Below, in pieces: positions 27,387 through 32,000 of a DNA stretch of 32,000 nucleotides. Position 1 is the stretch's first letter, and each line of letters opens with the position of its first letter. A program made the translations under genes and the position numbers. The stretch spans positions 180,001 through 212,000 of the forward strand of contig NC_010163.1 of NCBI RefSeq assembly GCF_000018785.1, written 5' to 3'. The stretch is from Acholeplasma laidlawii PG-8A (lineage in GTDB: Bacteria > Bacillota_I > Bacilli_A > Acholeplasmatales > Acholeplasmataceae). Under the pieces are notes generated by a model that had not been told where the DNA came from, did not search any database, and saw nothing but the letters and a program-made list of their open reading frames with translations.

Positions 27387-28409
27387 ATGATTGTTCAAAT
27401 GAAAAAAGGTGCAACTAAAGATGAAGTTGATCACATACAAAAATATTTAATCAATAAAGGCTTTGGTATTAAAGACGCTTCAAGTGATGAAGTGACACTG
27501 TTTGGTGTTTTAGGTGATGTGAAATCTTTAGATCCTACACAACTACGTGTATTTTCCGGTGTTGAAAATGTGACAAGAATTTCTAGTCCATACAAGTTAG
27601 CTTCAAAAGCATTTAAAAAAGAACCTACCATTATCACTTTAAAAAATGGCGTTGTGATTGGTGGGGATGATTTTGTTGTTATGAGTGGTCCATGTAGTGT
27701 GGAAAGTGAAGAACAACTAAGAATTATTGCTAAAGCAGTTAAAGATAGTGGTTCTAATGTTTTAAGAGGTGGTGTATTTAAACCACGTACTTCACCATAT
27801 GCTTTCCAAGGATTAGGTATTGAAGGTTTAAAAATGATGCGTAAAGTGGCAGATGAATTTGGTATGGCTATCATTACTGAACTTATGGGTACAGAGCATA
27901 TAGATGAATTTGTTAAATACGTAGATATCATTCAGTTAGGTGCAAGAAATATGCAAAACTTTGACCTACTTAAAGCTGTTGGTAAAACAAATATTCCAGT
28001 ACTTCTTAAAAGAGGTTTAAGTGCTACGATTGAAGAGTGGCTCATGAGTGCCGAATACATTATGGCATCCGGTAATGATCAAGTTATCTTATGTGAACGA
28101 GGCATTAGAACTTTCGAAAAATACACAAGAAATACACTGGATATTTCTGCTGTATTAGCAGTGAGAGAACTCTCACACCTACCTGTGATTGTAGACCCTT
28201 CACACGCTGCTGGTAAATGGGAAATGATTGAATCTTTATCGCTAGCTTCACTTGCTGTTGAAGCAGATGGCATTATTGTTGAAGTACACCATGACCCAGA
28301 AAATGCACTATCTGATGGTGCACAAAGTTTAAAACCACATAAGTTTGAACATATGATGGATCGTCTTGAAAAAGCATCTACAGTATTTTCAAAACAACTG
28401 AAACGATGA
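27387..28409 (+). CDS. aroF: 3-deoxy-7-phosphoheptulonate (DAHP) synthase, class I beta, with N-terminal ferredoxin-like regulatory domain
   Basis: FVVMSGPCSVESEEQL, GSNVLRGGVFKPRTSPYAFQGLG, LLKRGLSATIEEWLMSAEYI, VIVDPSHAAGKWE, N-terminal MIVQMKKGATKDEVD. Confidence 0.96.
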   Translation: MIVQMKKGATKDEVDHIQKYLINKGFGIKDASSDEVTLFGVLGDVKSLDPTQLRVFSGVENVTRISSPYKLASKAFKKEPTIITLKNGVVIGGDDFVVMSGPCSVESEEQLRIIAKAVKDSGSNVLRGGVFKPRTSPYAFQGLGIEGLKMMRKVADEFGMAIITELMGTEHIDEFVKYVDIIQLGARNMQNFDLLKAVGKTNIPVLLKRGLSATIEEWLMSAEYIMASGNDQVILCERGIRTFEKYTRNTLDISAVLAVRELSHLPVIVDPSHAAGKWEMIESLSLASLAVEADGIIVEVHHDPENALSDGAQSLKPHKFEHMMDRLEKASTVFSKQLKR

Positions 28410-29239
28410 AGATATTTATTGTTGGACTTGGTCTTATGGGAGCAAGTTATGCTCAAAAATTAACAAGTGTTGGACACGATGTTTTTGGGTTTGATAAAGA
28501 TCATAACACCAACTTAAAAGCGCTTAATGAAGGTGTTATAAAAGGTTATAATTTAAAGGATATGAAAGATTGTGAACTTGTCATACTTGCTTTATATCCA
28601 AATCAAATATTTGAATTTATCAAATCAAATTTATCTTACTTTGATACACAACTAATAACCGATATCAGCGGTACTAAAACTAAACTTCTAGATGAGGTGT
28701 TAGAATTACTACCTAAATCAATTAATTATGTATCCCATCACCCGATGGCTGGTAGAGAAAAGTCAGGTTATGATCATAAAGATGTAACGATGTTTAAAAA
28801 TGCTAATTTTTTAATCATCGACTCACACCATGCAAAACCACATCACATTGAAACAATTAAAAAACTAGGATTAGATTTAGGATTTAAAAGGCAAATTGTT
28901 TTATCTGCCTATGAACATGATGAACTTATTGCACATACATCCCAGTTAACCCATTTAATTGCAGTATCGTTGATGCTTATGAATAAAAATGAACATACAA
29001 AAGATGCGACTGGAGATTCATTTAGAGATTTAACAAGAATTGCAAATATTAATGAAATCTTATGGACAGAACTCTTTTTAGATAATAAGAACGCTCTTAT
29101 CCAAAAAATAGATGAATTTGTAGATGTTTTAGGTGAACTTAAACATGATATATTAGCCTCAAATGAAGTTATATTGAAAGAAAAGCTTAAAGAATCTAAG
29201 AAAAGGAGAATTAGCTTTGATGAGACAAACACTCGATAA
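28406..29239 (+). CDS. tyrA: Prephenate dehydrogenase
   Basis: IFIVGLGLMGASYAQKL, DISGTKTKLL, SHHPMAGREKSGYDH, FRDLTRIANINEILWTELFLDN. Confidence 0.93.
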   Translation: MKIFIVGLGLMGASYAQKLTSVGHDVFGFDKDHNTNLKALNEGVIKGYNLKDMKDCELVILALYPNQIFEFIKSNLSYFDTQLITDISGTKTKLLDEVLELLPKSINYVSHHPMAGREKSGYDHKDVTMFKNANFLIIDSHHAKPHHIETIKKLGLDLGFKRQIVLSAYEHDELIAHTSQLTHLIAVSLMLMNKNEHTKDATGDSFRDLTRIANINEILWTELFLDNKNALIQKIDEFVDVLGELKHDILASNEVILKEKLKESKKRRISFDETNTR

Positions 29240-30218
29240 TTATGAAATAGTAGTTAAACAAAATTTGATGAATGATTTGGGTGAGGAAATAACTAGTGTT
29301 TATCCTTATAAAGATATTTTTGTTATTACTGACCATAATGTATTTAAACTATATGAAAACTTATTAACAACGAAGTTAAATATGTTTAATTTAAAATTTG
29401 TAAGTGTTGAACCAGGCGAACAATCAAAATCTTTAAGCACCTACCAAGAAGTTGTTCAAAAATTACTTAAATTAGGTATGAGAAAGAATCATTTACTTAT
29501 TGCCTTAGGTGGTGGTGTAGTAGGAGATTTAGCTGGATTTGTTGCAGCTACTTTATTTAGAGGTGCACCATTTATTCAAATACCAACAACGTTACTAGCG
29601 ATGGTAGATTCATCAATTGGCGGTAAAACTGGTCTAGATTTAAATGAAGGTAAAAATTTAATTGGTGCTTACAAAAATCCACTTAAAGTTTTAATTGATC
29701 CTTCATTTTTAGATACATTACCTAAAGTAGAATATAAAAATGGATTAGCAGAAGTATTAAAACATGGACTCATTGGGGATCCTAAATTATATGAATATTT
29801 AAAAGTAAATGATAAATTAACACTGAATGAAATCAAACGTGCAATTCAAGTCAAAGTGAACATTGTTAAAAAAGATCCGTTTGAACAAAACGAACGTATG
29901 TTCTTAAATTTTGGACATACCTTTGGACATGCAATCGAGCGTCATTATGATTTTGCAATCAAACACGGTGTAGCAATTAGCTATGGTATGTTAATTAGTT
30001 TAGAATTAGGCATTAAAGCAAAGATTACACCAGCACATCTTTTTGATGATGTTAAAAACATTTTATTAAGATTAGAACTAGTTAAAGAACCTTTATTAGA
30101 TAAAAAACAATTTATAGAATATATAGGTTTTGACAAGAAAAACCTAGCGGATGGTTTACGTTTTGTTTATATCAAAAACATAGGTGAACCAATCATTAAG
30201 AAAGGTGTTGAAATATAA
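29220..30218 (+). CDS. aroB: 3-dehydroquinate synthase
   Basis: ATG 29220 after AAGGAG. IALGGGVVGDLAGFVAATLFRGAPFIQIPTTLLAMVDSSIGGKTGLDLNEGKNLIGAY. Confidence 0.97.
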   Translation: MRQTLDNYEIVVKQNLMNDLGEEITSVYPYKDIFVITDHNVFKLYENLLTTKLNMFNLKFVSVEPGEQSKSLSTYQEVVQKLLKLGMRKNHLLIALGGGVVGDLAGFVAATLFRGAPFIQIPTTLLAMVDSSIGGKTGLDLNEGKNLIGAYKNPLKVLIDPSFLDTLPKVEYKNGLAEVLKHGLIGDPKLYEYLKVNDKLTLNEIKRAIQVKVNIVKKDPFEQNERMFLNFGHTFGHAIERHYDFAIKHGVAISYGMLISLELGIKAKITPAHLFDDVKNILLRLELVKEPLLDKKQFIEYIGFDKKNLADGLRFVYIKNIGEPIIKKGVEI

Positions 30219-30219
30219 A

Positions 30220-31461
30220 GTGCTAGAAATTATTCCAACCAATTTATCAGGTGAAGTAAAGATTGTTTCATCTAAATCTTTATCACACCGATATGTACTT
30301 GCAGCAGCTCTTGCACATGGACAATCAAAGATTGATAACATATTAGACTCTGATGATTTAATAGCCACACAAAGCGCTTTAAAAAGTTTAGGTGCAACCA
30401 TTAATCAAGGATTAATTACAGGTGGTAAGGTTCAAAGAGTACATGAAACTATTGATTGTTTTGAGTCTGGTTCTACATTAAGATTTTTAATTCCGGTCGC
30501 AATGCTTCAAGATAAACCTGTGACATTCACGGGTAAAAATCAACTACCATTTCGTACTCAAGAAATGTATGAAAACCTCTTTAAAGAAACTTATCAATTT
30601 GAGCATCCAAAAGATAAGTGGTTACCACTTACTGTAAGTGGTCCACTTAAAGGTGGTACATATCACTTAAGAGGTGATGTAAGTAGCCAGTTTATTACAG
30701 GCTTACTTTATGCTTTACCACTTGCACCAAATGATTCTGAAATTATTTTAACCTCGCACTTAGAATCTGTTGGTTATGTAGATATGACACTCGATGTATT
30801 AGATAAATTTGGTATTAAGATTATTAAAACTGTAAATGGTTATAAGATACCTGGAAACCAACACTATAATCCGGGCAACTACAGTGTAGAAGGTGATTTT
30901 AGTGGGGCAGCATTTTTTGTTGCAGCAGGCTTACTTGCTGGACCAATTCACTTAACTAATTTAAATCACCATAGTTTACAAGGTGATAAAGAAATTATTG
31001 ATCTTGCAGTGAAGATGGGTGGAGATATTACACCCACAAGTGAAGGTTATTTGGTTAAACCATCTAAATTAAAAGGTATTTCTATTGATGTCGGACAAAT
31101 TCCAGATTTAGGTCCGATACTTATGGTACTTGGTGCACTTGCAGAAGGTACTACAATTATTCATAACGCATCTAGATTACGTATTAAAGAATCTGATAGA
31201 TTAAATGCTATGGTAACAAACCTTAAAGCACTTGGTGCAAACATTAAAGAAATAGGGGATACTGTAGAAATTAAAGGTGTTTCTAAACTAAAAGGCGGCG
31301 TTCTAGTTTCAAGTTATAAAGATCATAGAATTGCCATGTCGATGGCGGTTGCCTCCATCATGTGCGAACAACCAATTACACTAGATGATGAGACTGTAGT
31401 GTCTAAAAGTTATCCAAATTTCTTTGAAAGTTTTAAAGCGTTAGGAGGTCAAGTAAAGTGA
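30220..31461 (+). CDS. aroA: 3-phosphoshikimate 1-carboxyvinyltransferase (EPSP synthase)
   Basis: SKSLSHRYVLAAALA, GSTLRFLIPVA, RLRIKESDRLNAMVTNLKALGA, YKDHRIAMSMAVA. GTG 30220 preferred over the track start at 30184, which lies inside aroB. Confidence 0.94.
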   Translation: MLEIIPTNLSGEVKIVSSKSLSHRYVLAAALAHGQSKIDNILDSDDLIATQSALKSLGATINQGLITGGKVQRVHETIDCFESGSTLRFLIPVAMLQDKPVTFTGKNQLPFRTQEMYENLFKETYQFEHPKDKWLPLTVSGPLKGGTYHLRGDVSSQFITGLLYALPLAPNDSEIILTSHLESVGYVDMTLDVLDKFGIKIIKTVNGYKIPGNQHYNPGNYSVEGDFSGAAFFVAAGLLAGPIHLTNLNHHSLQGDKEIIDLAVKMGGDITPTSEGYLVKPSKLKGISIDVGQIPDLGPILMVLGALAEGTTIIHNASRLRIKESDRLNAMVTNLKALGANIKEIGDTVEIKGVSKLKGGVLVSSYKDHRIAMSMAVASIMCEQPITLDDETVVSKSYPNFFESFKALGGQVK

Positions 31462-31712
31462 GTTTAGAACCCTTAAGAAATGAAATTGATAAAGTGGATA
31501 AAGAACTTGTCAAATTATTAGAGCGCCGTTTTGAATTAGTAAAAGAAATTGGCGACTATAAGAAGTTACATAACTTGCCAGTTCTAGATCTAGCAAGAGA
31601 ACAACAAGTACTTCAAAAGAAAAAGGAACAACTCTCCAATAAGGACTTATGGCCTCACTTTGAAAAGTTGTTTCAACATATTATGAATATCTCAAAAGAA
31701 TTAGAAAAATGA
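31458..31712 (+). CDS. Chorismate mutase, type II (AroQ-like)
   Basis: 84 aa: PLRNEIDKVDKELVKLLERRFELVKEIGDYKKLHNLPVLDLAREQQVL. Confidence 0.88.
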   Translation: MSLEPLRNEIDKVDKELVKLLERRFELVKEIGDYKKLHNLPVLDLAREQQVLQKKKEQLSNKDLWPHFEKLFQHIMNISKELEK

Positions 31713-32000
31713 AAGTATTTGGATTAATTGGACATCCATTAGGGCACTCTAAGTCGCCTAAATTACATAAAATCATTGCTAGTTATTTTAGTAGACAACT
31801 AGTTTATAAATTATTTGATATGGATCACATCGATAAAGTAAAACCATTGATTGAAGGGTTAAAAAATGGTACATATCATGGTTTTAATGTAACCATTCCA
31901 TATAAGGAAGCAGTGCTTCCCTTTTTGGATATCATAACACCTAAAGCTCAAAAGATAGGTGCAGTAAACACTATCTATTTTAAAGATAATCAAGTCATAG
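31709..32000 (+). CDS. aroE: Shikimate dehydrogenase, 3'-truncated by the window edge (absent from the ORF track)
   Basis: ATG 31709 overlaps the preceding stop. MKVFGLIGHPLGHSKSPKLHKIIASYF, GFNVTIPYKEAVLPFLD, KIGAVNTIYFKDNQVI. Confidence 0.93.
   Translation, partial: MKVFGLIGHPLGHSKSPKLHKIIASYFSRQLVYKLFDMDHIDKVKPLIEGLKNGTYHGFNVTIPYKEAVLPFLDIITPKAQKIGAVNTIYFKDNQVI

Noticed and set aside
27431-27931. Minus-strand ORF of 166 aa antisense to DAHP synthase; similar shadows at 28079-28456, 28909-29232 and 30156-30401
   Set aside because: Each is opposite a well-supported conserved gene and has no family features.
1-32000. CRISPR arrays, transposases, prophage, toxin-antitoxin or defence systems
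   Set aside because: No repeat-spacer pattern, IS-like termini or recognizable defence genes; nearly all space is occupied by conserved housekeeping genes.

Overview
This is a low-GC chromosomal window from a Mollicute that uses TGA as a stop codon (Acholeplasma-like; the taxonomy is my inference). It is mostly conserved housekeeping content. In order: fusA (partial), tuf, tatD, two tandem trypsin-like lipoproteins, cinA/pncC C-terminal domain, rpsF-ssb-rpsR, a gdpP ORF fused in frame to rplI, dnaB, dps (-), two half-size chromate transporters, prfA-prmC-tsaC, typA, rpiB-upp-DUF1146, yigZ/IMPACT (-), cca, yhaM-like, a very large PrsA/SurA-like lipoprotein (-), yycJ/walJ-like, rlmH, mscL, degV, and an aromatic amino acid operon (DAHP synthase, tyrA, aroB, aroA, chorismate mutase, aroE partial). 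I saw no mobile element, CRISPR array, rRNA or tRNA. The strongest observations are: (1) an unlisted 13-codon leader ORF, MFINQAYYYFYQM, between a promoter-like region and an intrinsic terminator just upstream of the DAHP synthase gene, with a relay of mutually exclusive pairings that suggests ribosome-mediated tyrosine/phenylalanine attenuation of the whole aro operon; (2) GdpP fused to a full-length ribosomal protein L9 without an intervening stop, but with an internal SD and ATG; (3) an exact 13-bp inverted pair (GCTAAAAAATGCT) in the divergent region between the giant lipoprotein and yycJ; (4) a predicted catalytically dead protease lipoprotein next to an apparently active paralog; (5) a perfect 14-bp hairpin just upstream of mscL.
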